Positions 50,719-64,000 of a stretch of DNA of 64,000 nucleotides are shown piece after piece; positions within the stretch are counted from its first letter, which is position 1; every line of letters begins with the position of its first letter. The notes below the pieces were generated by a model. The model worked only from the letters and a program-made list of their open reading frames with translations. It was not told the DNA's origin and searched no databases. Both the position numbers and the translations under genes were made by a program. Location: contig NC_087436.1 in assembly GCF_036321535.1 (NCBI RefSeq), forward strand, positions 3,534,001 to 3,598,000, read 5' to 3'. The stretch is from Camelus dromedarius. Lineage: Eukaryota.

Positions 50719-53700
50719 TTCGTTCATCTAGCACAAAGGGAACGGGTTGCAGGAGAAACTTTTACTCTGGTTTCTCAGTCTGTTTCCTATTGCCGGTATG
50801 AAGTTCCTTCAGTTTTCACTGTAAAACCGAGTTGGATCTAGTACCTCTCCATATATATGTGTGGAGTGGAGTTAGCAATTGAAAAGGAACTTTGTGTTCC
50901 CAACAAGCTAGGTGAAGGACGGCTTTCACACACAATTTTCTCTCAGAACTGAGCATGTGGTGAGACGTTCGTTCATCTAGCACAAAAGGAACGGGTTGCA
51001 GGAGAAACATTTTCTCTGGTTTCTCAGTCTGTTTCCTAGTGCCTGTTTGAAGTTCCTGCAGTTTTCACTGTAAAACAGAGTTGGAGCTAATAACTTCCCC
51101 ATATATATGTATGTAGTGTTGTATGCAACTGAAAAGAAACTTTGTATTCCCAACAAGCTAGGTGAAGGTCGGCTTTCACACACACATATCTCTAAGAACT
51201 GAGCATGTGGAGAGACGTTCCTTCATCTAGCACAAAAGGAACGGGTTGCAGGAGAAAATTTTACTCTGGTTTCTCAGTCTGTTTCCTAGTGCCGGTTGGA
51301 AGATCCTGCAGTTTTCATTTTAAAACCGAGTTTGAGTTTGTACCACCCCATATATTTGTATGGAGCGGAGTTTGCAACTGAAAAGAAACTTTGTGTTCCC
51401 AACAAGTTAGTTGAATGACGGCATTCACACACACATATCTCTCAGGAATGAGCATGTGGAGACACGTTCGTTCATCTAGCACAAAAGGAACGGGTTGCAG
51501 GAGAAACTTTTACTCTGGTTTCTCAGTCTGTTTCCTAGTGCCGGTTTGAATTTCCTGAATTTTTCACTGTAAAACCGAGTTTTAGCTAATACCTCCCCTT
51601 ATATATGTATGGAGTGGAGTTTGCAACTGAAAAGAAACTTTGTGTTAACAACAAGCTAGGGGAAGGACGGCTTTCACACCCACTTATCTCTCAGAAATGA
51701 GCATGTGGAGATACGTTCGTTCACGTAGCACAAAGGGATCGGGTTGCAGGAGAAACTTTAACTCTGGTTTCTCAGTCTGTATCCTAGTGCCGGTTTGAAG
51801 TTCCTGCAGTTTTCACTGTAAAACCGAGTTGGAGCTAGTACCTCCCCATTTATATGTATGGATTTGAGTTTGCAAATGAAAAGAAACTTTGTGTTCCCAA
51901 CAAGCTAGGTGAAGGACGGCTTTCACACACACTTATCTCTCAGAACTGAGCATGTGCAGAGACGTTCGTACATCTAGCAGAAAGATAACGGTTTGCGTGA
52001 GAAACTTTTACTTTGGTTTCTCAGTCTCTTTCCTAGTGCCGGTCTGAAGTTCCTGCAGTTTTCACTGTAAAACCGTGTTGGAGCTAGTACATCCCCATAT
52101 ATATGTATGGATTTGAGTTTGCAAATGAAAAGAAACTTTGTGTTCCCAACAAGCTAGGTGAAGGACGGCTTTCACACACACTTATCTCTCAGAACTGAGC
52201 ATGTGGAGAGACGTTCGTTCATCTAGCACAAAAGGAACGGGTTGCAGGAGAAACTTTTACTCTGGAATCTCAGTCTGTTTCCTAAGGCCGGTTTGAAGAT
52301 TCTGCAGTTTTCACTGTAAAACCGATTTGGAGCTAGTACCTACACATATATATGTATGGAGTGGAGTTTGCAACTGAAAAGAAACTTTGTTTTAACAACA
52401 AGCTAGGTGAAATACGGCTTTCACACACAATTATCTCGCAGAAATGAGCATGTGGAGATACGTTCGTTCACCTAGCACAAAGGAAACGGGTTGCAGGAGA
52501 ATCTTTTACTCTGGTTTCTCAGTCTGTTTCCTAGGGCCAGTTTGAAGTTCCTGCAGTTTTCACTGTAAAACTTAGTTGGAGCTAGTACCTCCCCATATAT
52601 ATGTATGGAGTGGAGTTTGCAACTGAAAAGAATCTTTGTGTTCCCAACAAGCTAGGTGAAGGACGGCTTTCACACACACTTATCTCACAGAACTGAGCAT
52701 GTGGAGAGACGTTCGTTCATCTAGCACAAATGGATCGAGTTGCAGGAGAAACTATTACTCTGGTTTCTCAGTCTGTTTCCTAGTGCCGGTTTGAAGTTCC
52801 TGCATTTTTCTGTGTCAAACCGAGTTGGAGCTAGTACCTCCCCTTACATATATATGGAGTGGAGTTTGCAACTGAAAAGAAACTTTGTGTTAACAACAAG
52901 CTAGGTGAAGGACGGCTTCACACACACTTATCTCTCAGAAATGACCATGTGGAGAGACGTTCGTTCACGTAGCAAAAAGGGAACGGGTTGCAGGAGAAAC
53001 TTTTACTCTGGTTTCTCAGTCTGTTTCCTAGGGCCGGTTTGAAGTTCCTGCAGTTTTCACTATAAAACCGAGGTGGTGCTAGTACCTCCCCATATATATT
53101 TATGGAGTGGAGTTTGCAACTGAAAAGAAACTTTGTGTTCACAACAAGCTAGGTGAAGGGAGGCTTTCACACACACTTATCTCTCAGAACTGAGCATGTG
53201 GAGATACGTTCTTTCATCTAGCACAAATGGAACGGGTTGCAGGAGAATCATTTACTCTGGTTTCTCAGTCTGTTTCCTACTGCCTGTTTGAAGTTCCTGC
53301 AGTTATCACTGTAAAATCGAGTTGAAGCTAGTACCTCCCCATATATATGTATGGAATGGAGTTTGCAACTGAAAAGAAAATTTGTGTTCCCAACAAGCTA
53401 AGTGAAGGACGGCTTTCACACACTTATCTCTCAGAACTGAGCATGTGGAGAGACGTTCGTTCATCTAGCAAAAAGGGAACGGTTTGCAGGAGAAACTTTT
53501 ACCCTGGTTTCTCTGTCTGTTTCCTAGGGCCAGTATGAAGTTCCTGCAGTTTTCACTGTAAAACCGAGTTGGAGCTTGTACCCCCCCAAATATATGTATG
53601 GAGTGGAGTTTGCAACTGAAAAGAAACTTTGTGTTCCCAACAATATAGGGGAAGGACGGCTTTCACACACACTTATCTCTCAGAACTGAGCATGTGGAGA

Positions 53701-56700
53701 GACGTTCGTTCATCTAGCACAAAAGGATCGGGTTGCAGGAGAAACTTTGACTCTGGTTTCTCAGTCTGTTTCCTAGTTCCGGTTTGAAGTTCCTGCAGTT
53801 TTCACTGTAAAACCGAGTTGGAGCTATTACCTCACCTTATATATGTATGGAGTGGAGTTTGCAACTGAAAAGGAACTTTGTGTTCCCAACAAGCTAATTG
53901 AAGGACGGCTTTCACACACACTTTTCTCTCAGAACAGAGCATGTGGAGAGACGTTCGTTCATCTAGCACAAAAGGAACGGGTTGCAGGAGAAACTTTTTC
54001 TCTGGTTTCTCAGTCTGTTTCCTAGTGCCTGTTTGAAGTTCCTGCAGTTTTCACTGTAAAACAGAGTTGGAGCTAATACCTCCCCATATATATGTATGTA
54101 GTGGTGTATGCAACTGAAAAGAAACTTTGTATTCCAAACAAGCTAGGTGAATGTCGGCTTTCACACACACATATCTCTCAGAACTGAGCATGTGGAGAGA
54201 CGTTCGTTCATCTAGCACAAAGGGAACGCGTTGCAGGTGAAACTTTTACTCTGGTTTCTCAGTCTGTTTCCTAGGGCCAGTTTGAAGTTCCTGCAGTTTA
54301 CACTGTAAAACCTAGTTGGAGCTAGTACCTCCCCATATATATGTATGGAGTGGAGTTTGCAACTGAAAAGAATCTTTGTGTTCCCAACAAGCTAGGTGAA
54401 GGACGGCTTTCACACACACTTATCTCACAGAACTGAGCATGTGGAGAGACGTTCGTTCATCTAGCACAAAGGGATCGGGTTGCTGGAGAAACTATTATTC
54501 TGGTTTCTCAGTCTGTTTCCTAGTGCCGGTTTGATGTTCCTGAAGTTTTCTGTGTCAAACCGAGTTGGAGCTAGTACCTCCCTTTATATAAATATGGAGT
54601 GGAGTTTGCAACTGAAAAGAAAATTTGTGTTAACAACAAGCTAGGTGAAGGACGGTTTCCCACACACTTATCTCTCAGAAATGAGCATGTGGAGAGACTT
54701 TCGTTCATCTAGCACAAAGGGAACGGGTTGCAGGAGAAACTTTTACTCTGGTTTCTCAGTCTGTTTCCTATTGCCGGTATGAAGTTCCTTCAGTTTTCAC
54801 TGTAAAACCGAGTTGGATCTAGTACCTCTCCATATATATGTGTGGAGTGGAGTTAGCAATTGAAAAGGAACTTTGTGTTCCCAACAAGCTAGGTGAAGGA
54901 CGGCTTTCACACACAATTTTCTCTCAGAACTGAGCATGTGGTGAGACGTTCGTTCATCTAGCACAAAAGGAACGGGTTGCAGGAGAAACATTTTCTCTGG
55001 TTTCTCAGTCTGTTTCCTAGTGCCTGTTTGAAGTTCCTGCAGTTTTCACTGTAAAACAGAGTTGGAGCTAATAACTTCCCCATATATATGTATGTAGTGT
55101 TGTATGCAACTGAAAAGAAACTTTGTATTCCCAACAAGCTAGGTGAAGGTCGGCTTTCACACACACATATCTCTAAGAACTGAGCATGTGGAGAGACGTT
55201 CCTTCATCTAGCACAAAAGGAACGGGTTGCAGGAGAAAATTTTACTCTGGTTTCTCAGTCTGTTTCCTAGTGCCGGTTGGAAGATCCTGCAGTTTTCATT
55301 TTAAAACCGAGTTTGAGTTTGTACCACCCCATATATTTGTATGGAGCGGAGTTTGCAACTGAAAAGAAACTTTGTGTTCCCAACAAGTTAGTTGAATGAC
55401 GGCATTCACACACACATATCTCTCAGGAATGAGCATGTGGAGACACGTTCGTTCATCTAGCACAAAAGGAACGGGTTGCAGGAGAAACTTTTACTCTGGT
55501 TTCTCAGTCTGTTTCCTAGTGCCGGTTTGAATTTCCTGAATTTTTCACTGTAAAACCGAGTTTTAGCTAATACCTCCCCTTATATATGTATGGAGTGGAG
55601 TTTGCAACTGAAAAGAAACTTTGTGTTAACAACAAGCTAGGGGAAGGACGGCTTTCACACCCACTTATCTCTCAGAAATGAGCATGTGGAGATACGTTCG
55701 TTCACGTAGCACAAAGGGATCGGGTTGCAGGAGAAACTTTAACTCTGGTTTCTCAGTCTGTATCCTAGTGCCGGTTTGAAGTTCCTGCAGTTTTCACTGT
55801 AAAACCGAGTTGGAGCTAGTACCTCCCCATTTATATGTATGGATTTGAGTTTGCAAATGAAAAGAAACTTTGTGTTCCCAACAAGCTAGGTGAAGGACGG
55901 CTTTCACACACACTTATCTCTCAGAACTGAGCATGTGCAGAGACGTTCGTACATCTAGCAGAAAGATAACGGTTTGCGTGAGAAACTTTTACTTTGGTTT
56001 CTCAGTCTCTTTCCTAGTGCCGGTCTGAAGTTCCTGCAGTTTTCACTGTAAAACCGTGTTGGAGCTAGTACATCCCCATATATATGTATGGATTTGAGTT
56101 TGCAAATGAAAAGAAACTTTGTGTTCCCAACAAGCTAGGTGAAGGACGGCTTTCACACACACTTATCTCTCAGAACTGAGCATGTGGAGAGACGTTCGTT
56201 CATCTAGCACAAAAGGAACGGGTTGCAGGAGAAACTTTTACTCTGGAATCTCAGTCTGTTTCCTAAGGCCGGTTTGAAGATTCTGCAGTTTTCACTGTAA
56301 AACCGATTTGGAGCTAGTACCTACACATATATATGTATGGAGTGGAGTTTGCAACTGAAAAGAAACTTTGTTTTAACAACAAGCTAGGTGAAATACGGCT
56401 TTCACACACAATTATCTCGCAGAAATGAGCATGTGGAGATACGTTCGTTCACCTAGCACAAAGGAAACGGGTTGCAGGAGAATCTTTTACTCTGGTTTCT
56501 CAGTCTGTTTCCTAGGGCCAGTTTGAAGTTCCTGCAGTTTTCACTGTAAAACTTAGTTGGAGCTAGTACCTCCCCATATATATGTATGGAGTGGAGTTTG
56601 CAACTGAAAAGAATCTTTGTGTTCCCAACAAGCTAGGTGAAGGACGGCTTTCACACACACTTATCTCACAGAACTGAGCATGTGGAGAGACGTTCGTTCA

Positions 56701-58743
56701 TCTAGCACAAATGGATCGAGTTGCAGGAGAAACTATTACTCTGGTTTCTCAGTCTGTTTCCTAGTGCCGGTTTGAAGTTCCTGCATTTTTCTGTGTCAAA
56801 CCGAGTTGGAGCTAGTACCTCCCCTTACATATATATGGAGTGGAGTTTGCAACTGAAAAGAAACTTTGTGTTAACAACAAGCTAGGTGAAGGACGGCTTC
56901 ACACACACTTATCTCTCAGAAATGACCATGTGGAGAGACGTTCGTTCACGTAGCAAAAAGGGAACGGGTTGCAGGAGAAACTTTTACTCTGGTTTCTCAG
57001 TCTGTTTCCTAGGGCCGGTTTGAAGTTCCTGCAGTTTTCACTATAAAACCGAGGTGGTGCTAGTACCTCCCCATATATATTTATGGAGTGGAGTTTGCAA
57101 CTGAAAAGAAACTTTGTGTTCACAACAAGCTAGGTGAAGGGAGGCTTTCACACACACTTATCTCTCAGAACTGAGCATGTGGAGATACGTTCTTTCATCT
57201 AGCACAAATGGAACGGGTTGCAGGAGAATCATTTACTCTGGTTTCTCAGTCTGTTTCCTACTGCCTGTTTGAAGTTCCTGCAGTTATCACTGTAAAATCG
57301 AGTTGAAGCTAGTACCTCCCCATATATATGTATGGAATGGAGTTTGCAACTGAAAAGAAAATTTGTGTTCCCAACAAGCTAAGTGAAGGACGGCTTTCAC
57401 ACACTTATCTCTCAGAACTGAGCATGTGGAGAGACGTTCGTTCATCTAGCAAAAAGGGAACGGTTTGCAGGAGAAACTTTTACCCTGGTTTCTCTGTCTG
57501 TTTCCTAGGGCCAGTATGAAGTTCCTGCAGTTTTCACTGTAAAACCGAGTTGGAGCTTGTGCCCCACCAAATATATGTATGGAGTGGAGTTTGCAACTGA
57601 AAAGAAACTTTGTGTTCCCAACAATATAGGGGAAGGACGGCTTTCACACACACTTATCTCTCAGAACTGAGCATGTGGAGAGACGTTCGTTCATCTAGCA
57701 CAAAAGGATCGGGTTGCAGGAGAAACTTTGACTCTGGTTTCTCAGTCTGTTTCCTAGTTCCGGTTTGAAGTTCCTGCAGTTTTCACTGTAAAACCGAGTT
57801 GGAGCTATTACCTCACCTTATATATGTATGGAGTGGAGTTTGCAACTGAAAAGGAACTTTGTGTTCCCAACAAGCTAATTGAAGGACGGCTTTCACACAC
57901 ACTTTTCTCTCAGAACAGAGCATGTGGAGAGACGTTCGTTCATCTAGCACAAAAGGAACGGGTTGCAGGAGAAACTTTTTCTCTGGTTTCTCAGTCTGTT
58001 TCCTAGTGCCTGTTTGAAGTTCCTGCAGTTTTCACTGTAAAACAGAGTTGGAGCTAATACCTCCCCATATATATGTATGTAGTGGTGTATGCAACTGAAA
58101 AGAAACTTTGTATTCCAAACAAGCTAGGTGAATGTCGGCTTTCACACACACATATCTCTCAGAACTGAGCATGTGGAGAGACGTTCGTTCATCTAGCACA
58201 AAGGGAACGCGTTGCAGGTGAAACTTTTACTCTGGTTTCTCAGTCTGTTTCCTAGGGCCAGTTTGAAGTTCCTGCAGTTTACACTGTAAAACCTAGTTGG
58301 AGCTAGTACCTCCCCATATATATGTATGGAGTGGAGTTTGCAACTGAAAAGAATCTTTGTGTTCCCAACAAGCTAGGTGAAGGACGGCTTTCACACACAC
58401 TTATCTCACAGAACTGAGCATGTGGAGAGACGTTCGTTCATCTAGCACAAAGGGATCGGGTTGCTGGAGAAACTATTATTCTGGTTTCTCAGTCTGTTTC
58501 CTAGTGCCGGTTTGATGTTCCTGAAGTTTTCTGTGTCAAACCGAGTTGGAGCTAGTACCTCCCCTTATATAAATATGGAGTGGGGTTTGCAACTGAAAAG
58601 AAAATTTGTGTTAACAACAAGCTAGGTGAAGGACGGTTTCCCACACACTTATCTCTCAGAAATGAGCATGTGGAGAGACTTTCGTTCATCTAGCACAAAG
58701 GGAACGGGTTGCAGGAGAAACTTTTACTCTGGTTTCTCAGTCT
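50719..58743. repeat. Near-perfect tandem duplication of a 3981-bp unit (16 monomers x 2)
   Basis: Identical ORF pairs 50816/54797, 50977/54958, 52918/56899, 53347/57328 and 53843/57824 (all +3981). Confidence 0.95.
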
Positions 58744-59689
58744 TTTTCCTATTGCCGGTATGAAGTTCCTTCAGTTTTCACTGTAAAACCGAGTTGGATC
58801 TAGTACCTCTCCATATATATGTGTGGAGTGGAGTTAGCAATTTAAAAGGAACTTTGTGTTCCCAACAAGCTAGGTGAAGGTGGCTTTCACACACAATTTT
58901 CTCTCAGAACTGAGCATGTGGAGAGACGTTCGTTCATCTAGCACAAAAGGAACGGGTTGCAGGAGAAACATTTTCTCTGGTTTCTCAGTCTGTTTCCTAG
59001 TGCCTGTTTGAAGTTCCTGCAGTTTTCACTAAAAAACAGAGTTGGAGCTAATAATTTCCCCATATATATGTATCTAGTGGTGTATGCAACTGAAAAGAAA
59101 CTTTGTATTCCCAACAAGCTAGGTGAAGGTCGGCTTTCACACACACATATCTCTAAGAACTGAGCATGTGGAGAGACGTTCGTTCATCTAGCACAAAAGG
59201 AACGGGTTGCAGGAGAAACTTTGACTCTGGATTCTCAGTCTGTTTCCTAGGGCCGGTTTGAAGTTCCTGCAGTTTTCACTGTAAACCGATTTGGAGCTAG
59301 TACCTCCCCATAGATATGTATCTAGTTGAGTTTGCAACTGAAAAGAAACTTTGTATTCCCAACAAGCTAGGTGAAGGACGGCTTTCAAACACAATTATCT
59401 CTCAGAACTGAGCATGTGGAGAGACGTTCGTTCATCTAGCACAAAGGGAACGGGTTGCAGGGGAAACTTTGACTCTGGTTTCTCATTCTGTTTTCTAATG
59501 CCGGTTTGAAGTTCCTGCAGTTTTCACTGTAAAATCGAGTTGGAGCTAGTACCTCCCCATATATATGTATGGAGTGGAGTTTGCAACTGAAAAAAACTTT
59601 GTGTTCCCAACACGCTAAGTGAAGGACGGCTTTCACACAATTATCTCTCAGAACTGAGCATGTGGAGAGACGTTCGTTCATCTAGCAAA

Positions 59690-62600
59690 AAGGGAACGGG
59701 TTGCAGGAGTAACTTTTACTCTGGTTTCTCAGTCTGTTTCCTAGTGCCGGTTTGAAGTTCCTGCAGTTTTCACTGTAAAATCGAGTTGGAGTTACTACCT
59801 CCCCATATATATGTATGGAGTGGAGTTTGCAACTGAAAAGAAACTTTGTGTTCCCAACAAGCTATTTGAAGTACTGCTTTCACACACACATATCTCTAAG
59901 AACTGAGCATGTGGAGAGACGTTCGTTCATCTAGCCCAAAAGGAACGGGGTGCAGGAGAAACTTTTACTCTGGTTTCTCAGTCTGTTTCCTAGGGCCGGT
60001 TTGAAGTTCCTTCAGTTTTCACTGTAAAACCGAGTTGGATCTAGTACCTCCCCGTATATATGTATGGAGTGGAGTTTGCAACTGAAAAGGAACTTTGTGT
60101 TCCCAACAAGCTAGGTGAAGGACGGCTTTCACACACACTTTTCTCTCAGAACTAAGCATGTGGAGAGACGTTCATTCATCTAGCACAAAAGGAACGGGAT
60201 GCAGGAGAAAGTTTTTCTCTGGTTTCCCAGTCTGTTTCCTAGTGCCGGTTTGAAGTTCCTGCAGTTTTCACTGTAAAACCGAGTTGGAGCTTGTACCTCC
60301 CCATATATATGTATGGATTGGGGTTTGAAAGTGAAAAGAAACTTTGTGTTCCCAACAAGCTAGGTGAAGTACGGCTTTCACACACACTTATCTCTCAGAA
60401 CTGAGCATGTGCAGAGACGTTCGTTCATCTAGCAAAAAGGGAACGGTTTGCAGGAGAAACATTTACTCTGGTTTCTCAGTCTTTTTACTAGTGCCGGTTT
60501 GAAGTTCCTGCAGTTTTCACTGTAAAACCGAGTTGGAGCTAGTACCTCCCCATAAATATGTATGGAGTGGAGTTGGCAACTGAAAAGAAACTTTGTGTTC
60601 CCAACAAGCTAGGTTAAGGGCGGATTTCACTCACACTTATCTCTCAGAAATGAGCATGTGGAGAGACGTTCGTTCATCTAGCACAAAAGGAACGGGTTGC
60701 AGGAGAAACTTTTTCTCTGGTTTCTCAGTCTGTTTCCTAGTGCCTGTTTGAAGTTCCTGCAGTTTTCACTGTAAAACAGAGTTGGAGCTAATACCTCCCC
60801 ATATATATGTATGTATTGGTGTATGCAACTGAAAAGAAACTTTGTATTCCCAACAAGCTAGGTGAATGTCGGCTTTCACACACACATATCTCTCAGAACT
60901 GAGCATGTGGAGAGACGTTCGTTCATCTAGCACAAAGGGAACGCGTTGCAGTTGAAACTTTTACTCTGGTCTCTCAGTCTGTTTCCTAGGGCCAGTTTGA
61001 AGTTCCTGCAGTTTACACTGTAAAACCTAGTTGGAGCTAGTACCTCCCCATGTATATGTATGGAGTGGAGTTTGCAACTGAAAAGAATCTTTGTGTTCCC
61101 AACAAGCTAGGTGAAGGACGGCTTTCACACACACTTATCTCACAGAACTGGGCATGTGGAGAGACATTCGTTCATCTAACACAAAGGGATCGGGTTGCAG
61201 GAGAAACTATTACTCTGGTTTCTCGTCTGTTTCCTAGTGCCGGTTTGAAGTTCCTGAAGTTTTCTGTGTCAAACCGAGTTGGAGCTAGTTCCTCCCCTTA
61301 TATAAATATGGAGTGGAGTTTGCAACTGAAAAGAAAATTTGTGTTAACAACAAGCTAGGTGAAGGACGGCTTCCCACACACTTATCTCTCAGAAATGAGC
61401 ATGTGGAGAGACGTTCGTTCACCTAGCACAAAGGGAAAGTTTTGCAGGAGAAACTTTTACTCTGGTTTCTCAGTCTGTTTCCTAGGGCCGGTTTGAAGTT
61501 CCTGCAGTTTTCACTGTAAACCTAGTTAGAGCTAGTACCGCCCCATAGATATGTATCTAGTTGAGTTTGCAACTGAAAAGAAACTTTGTATTCCCAACAA
61601 GCTAGGTGAAGGACGGCTTTCAAACACAATTATCTCTCAGAACTGAGCATGTGGAGAGACGTTCGTTCATCTAGCACAAAGGGAACGGGTTGCAGGTGAA
61701 ACTTTGACTCTGGTTTCTCATTCTGTTTTCTAATGCCGGTTTGAAGTTCCTGCAGTTTTCACTGTAAAATCGAGTTGGAGCTAGTACCTCCCCATATATA
61801 TGTATGGAGTGGAGTTTGCAACTGAAAAAAACTTTGTATTCCCAACACGCTAAGTGAAGGACGGCTTTCACACAATTATCTCTCAGAACTGAGCATGTGG
61901 AGAGACGTTCGTTCATCCAGCAAAAAGGGAACCGGTTGCAGGAGAAACTTTTACTCTGGTTTCTCTGTCTTTTTCCTAGATCCAGTAAGAAGTTCCTGCA
62001 GTTTTCACTGTAAAACCGAGTTGGAGCTTGTACCCCCCCATATATATGTATGGAGTGGAGTTTGCAAGTGAAAAGAAACTTTGTGTTCCCAACAATATAG
62101 GTGAAGGACGGCTTTCACACACACTTATCTCTCAGAACAGAGAATGTGGAGAGACTTTCGTTCATCTAGCACAAAGGGAACGGGTTGCATTAGAAACTTT
62201 TTCTCTGGTTTCTCAGTCTGTTTCGTAGTGCCGGTGTGAAGTTCCTGCAGTTTTCACTGTAAAAACGAGTTGGAGCTAGTACCTCCCCATATATATGTAT
62301 GGAGTGGAGTTTGCAACTGAAAAGAGACTTTGTGTTAACAACAAGCTAGGTGAAGTACGGCATTCACACACACTTATCTCTCAGAAATGAGCATGTGGAG
62401 AGACGTTCGTTCATCTAGCACAAAGGGAACGGGTTGCAGGAGAAACTTTTACTCTGGTATCTCAGTCTGTTTCCTATTGCCGGTATGAAGTTCCTTCAGT
62501 TTTCACTGTAAAACCGAGTTGGATCTAGTACCTCTCCATATATATGTGTGGAGTGGAGTTAGCAATTGAAAAGGAACTTTGTGTTCCCAACAAGCTAGGT

Positions 62601-64000
62601 GAAGGCGGCTTTCACACACAATTTTCTCTCAGAACTGAGCATGTGGAGAGACGTTCGTTCATCTAGCACAAAAGGAACGGGTTGCAGGAGAAACATTTTC
62701 TCTGGTTTCTCAGTCTGTTCCCTAGTGCCTGTTTGAAGTTCCTGTAGTTTTCACTGTAAAACAGAGTTGGAGCTAATAACTTCCCCATATATTTATATCT
62801 AGTGGTGTATGCAACTGAAAAGAAACTTTGTATTCCCAACAAGCTAGGTGAAGGTCGGCTTTCACACACACATATTTCTAAGAACTGAGCATGTGGAGAG
62901 ACGTTCGTTCATCTAGCACAAAAGGAACGGGTTGCAGGAGAAACTTTGACTCTGGATTCTCAGCCTGTTTCCTAGTGCCGGTTTGAAGTTCCTGCAGTTT
63001 TCACTGTAAAACCGAGTTGGAGCTTGTACCTCCCCATATATATGTATGGATTGGGGTTTGCAAGTGAAAAGAAACTTTGTGTTCCAAACAAGCTAGTTGA
63101 AGGACGGCTTTCACACACACTTATCTCTCAGAACTGAGCATGTGGAGAGACGTTCGTTCATCTAGCAAAAAGGGAACGGGTTGCAGGAGTAACTTTTACT
63201 CTGGTTTCTCATTCTGTTTCCTAGTGCCGGTTTGAAGTTCCTGCAGTTTTCACTGTAAAATCGAGTTGGAGTTAGTACCTCCCCATATATATGTATGGAG
63301 TGGAGTTTGCAACTGAAAAGAAACTTTGTGTTCCCAACAAGCTATTTGAAGTACGGCTTTCACACACACATATCTCTAAGAACTGAGCATGTGGAGAGAC
63401 GTTCGTTCATCTAGCCCAAAAGGAACGGGGTGCAGGAGAAACTTTTTCTCTGGTTTCTCAGTCTGTTTCCTAGGGCGGGATTGAAGTTCCTTCAGTTTTC
63501 ACTGTAAAACCGAGTTGGATCTAGTACCTCCCCGTATATATGTATGGAGTGGAGTTTGCAACTGAAAAGGAACTTTGTGTTCCCAACAAGCTAGGTGAAG
63601 GACGGCTTTCACACACACTTTTCTCTCAGAACTGAGCATGTGGAGAGACGTTCATTCATCTAGCACAAAAGGAACGGGATGCAGGAGAAAGTTCTTCTCT
63701 GGTTTCCCAGTCTGTTTCCTAGTGCCGGTTTGAAGTTCCTGCAGTTTTCACTGTAAAACCGAGTTGGAGCTTGTACCTCCCCATATATATGTATGGATTG
63801 GGGTTTGAAAGTGAAAAGAAACTTTGTGTTCCCAACAAGCTAGGTGAAGTACGGCTTTCACACACACTTATCTCTCAGAACTGAGCATGTGCAGAGACGT
63901 TCGTTCATCTAGCAAAAAGGGAACGGTTTGCAGGAGAAACATTTACTCTGGTTTCTCAGTCTTTTTACTAGTGCCGGTTTGAAGTTCCTGCAGTTTTCAC
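59690..64000. repeat. Block duplication, offset 3480 bp (14 monomers): ~59690-60520 and ~63170-64000 (runs off the window end)
   Basis: ttgcaggagtaac at 59701 and 63181; shared gctatttgaagtac, ctagcccaaaaggaacgggg, ggtttcccag and ctttttactagtg in the same order. Confidence 0.88.

Larger units (their letters stand above)
1..64000. repeat. Satellite DNA array, ~249-bp monomer, ~257 copies head-to-tail in one orientation. Approximate consensus: gttcatctagcacaaagggaacgggttgcaggagaaacttttactctggtttctcagtctgtttcctagtgccggtttgaagttcctgcagttttcactgtaaaaccgagttggagctagtacctccccatatatatgtatggagtggagtttgcaactgaaaagaaactttgtgttcccaacaagctaggtgaaggacggctttcacacacacttatctctcagaactgagcatgtggagagacgttc
   Basis: gttcatctagc starts at 1 and 250 (period 249) and last at 63903; 63902/257 = 248.6 bp mean, consistent with occasional 1-2 bp deletions. 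Every part of the window matches this unit and I saw no foreign sequence. Confidence 0.99.
40551..64000. repeat. Satellite subfamily A domain (right), variable-period higher-order organisation
   Basis: Same diagnostic variants as 1-8850; the anchor aataa(c/t)ttcccc recurs at 43381, 46361, 48847, 51089, 55070, 59050 and 62775. Confidence 0.82.

Noticed and set aside
256..62869. All ORFs in the provided track (60-142 aa) as protein-coding genes
   Set aside because: They are chance open frames across the 249-bp monomer on both strands. They appear or vanish with single substitutions or indels and show no recognisable domain or gene context. I used them only as duplication markers.
1..64000. CRISPR array or other repeat-spacer system
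   Set aside because: The entire 249-bp unit is repeated, with no unique spacers and no cas-like ORFs.
1..64000. Transposon or LTR insertion, or an inversion, within the array
   Set aside because: Phase and orientation are continuous; I saw no non-satellite segment or reverse-oriented monomer.

Overview
The whole 64 kb window is one uninterrupted, head-to-tail, single-orientation tandem array of a ~249-bp monomer (about 257 full monomers plus a partial one). This is eukaryotic satellite DNA; a centromeric or pericentromeric location is plausible but cannot be shown from sequence alone, and I do not recognise the species or family. I found no credible genes, RNA genes, transposons, CRISPR array or inversions, and all listed ORFs are chance frames across the monomer. 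The informative signal is how monomer variants are arranged. Subfamily A (~1-8.85 kb and ~40.55-64 kb) flanks subfamily B (~8.85-35.85 kb), with a more diverged zone at ~35.85-40.55 kb. Multi-monomer duplications of variable period (4 to 16 monomers) occur throughout, three of them nearly identical (2487, 2982 and 3981 bp offsets), along with chimeric monomers left by in-register deletions. The monomer contains several short dyad symmetries and a CENP-B-box-like sequence split by 13 bp. I see no evidence of a novel protein-coding system. Boundaries and mismatch counts were read by eye and are approximate.
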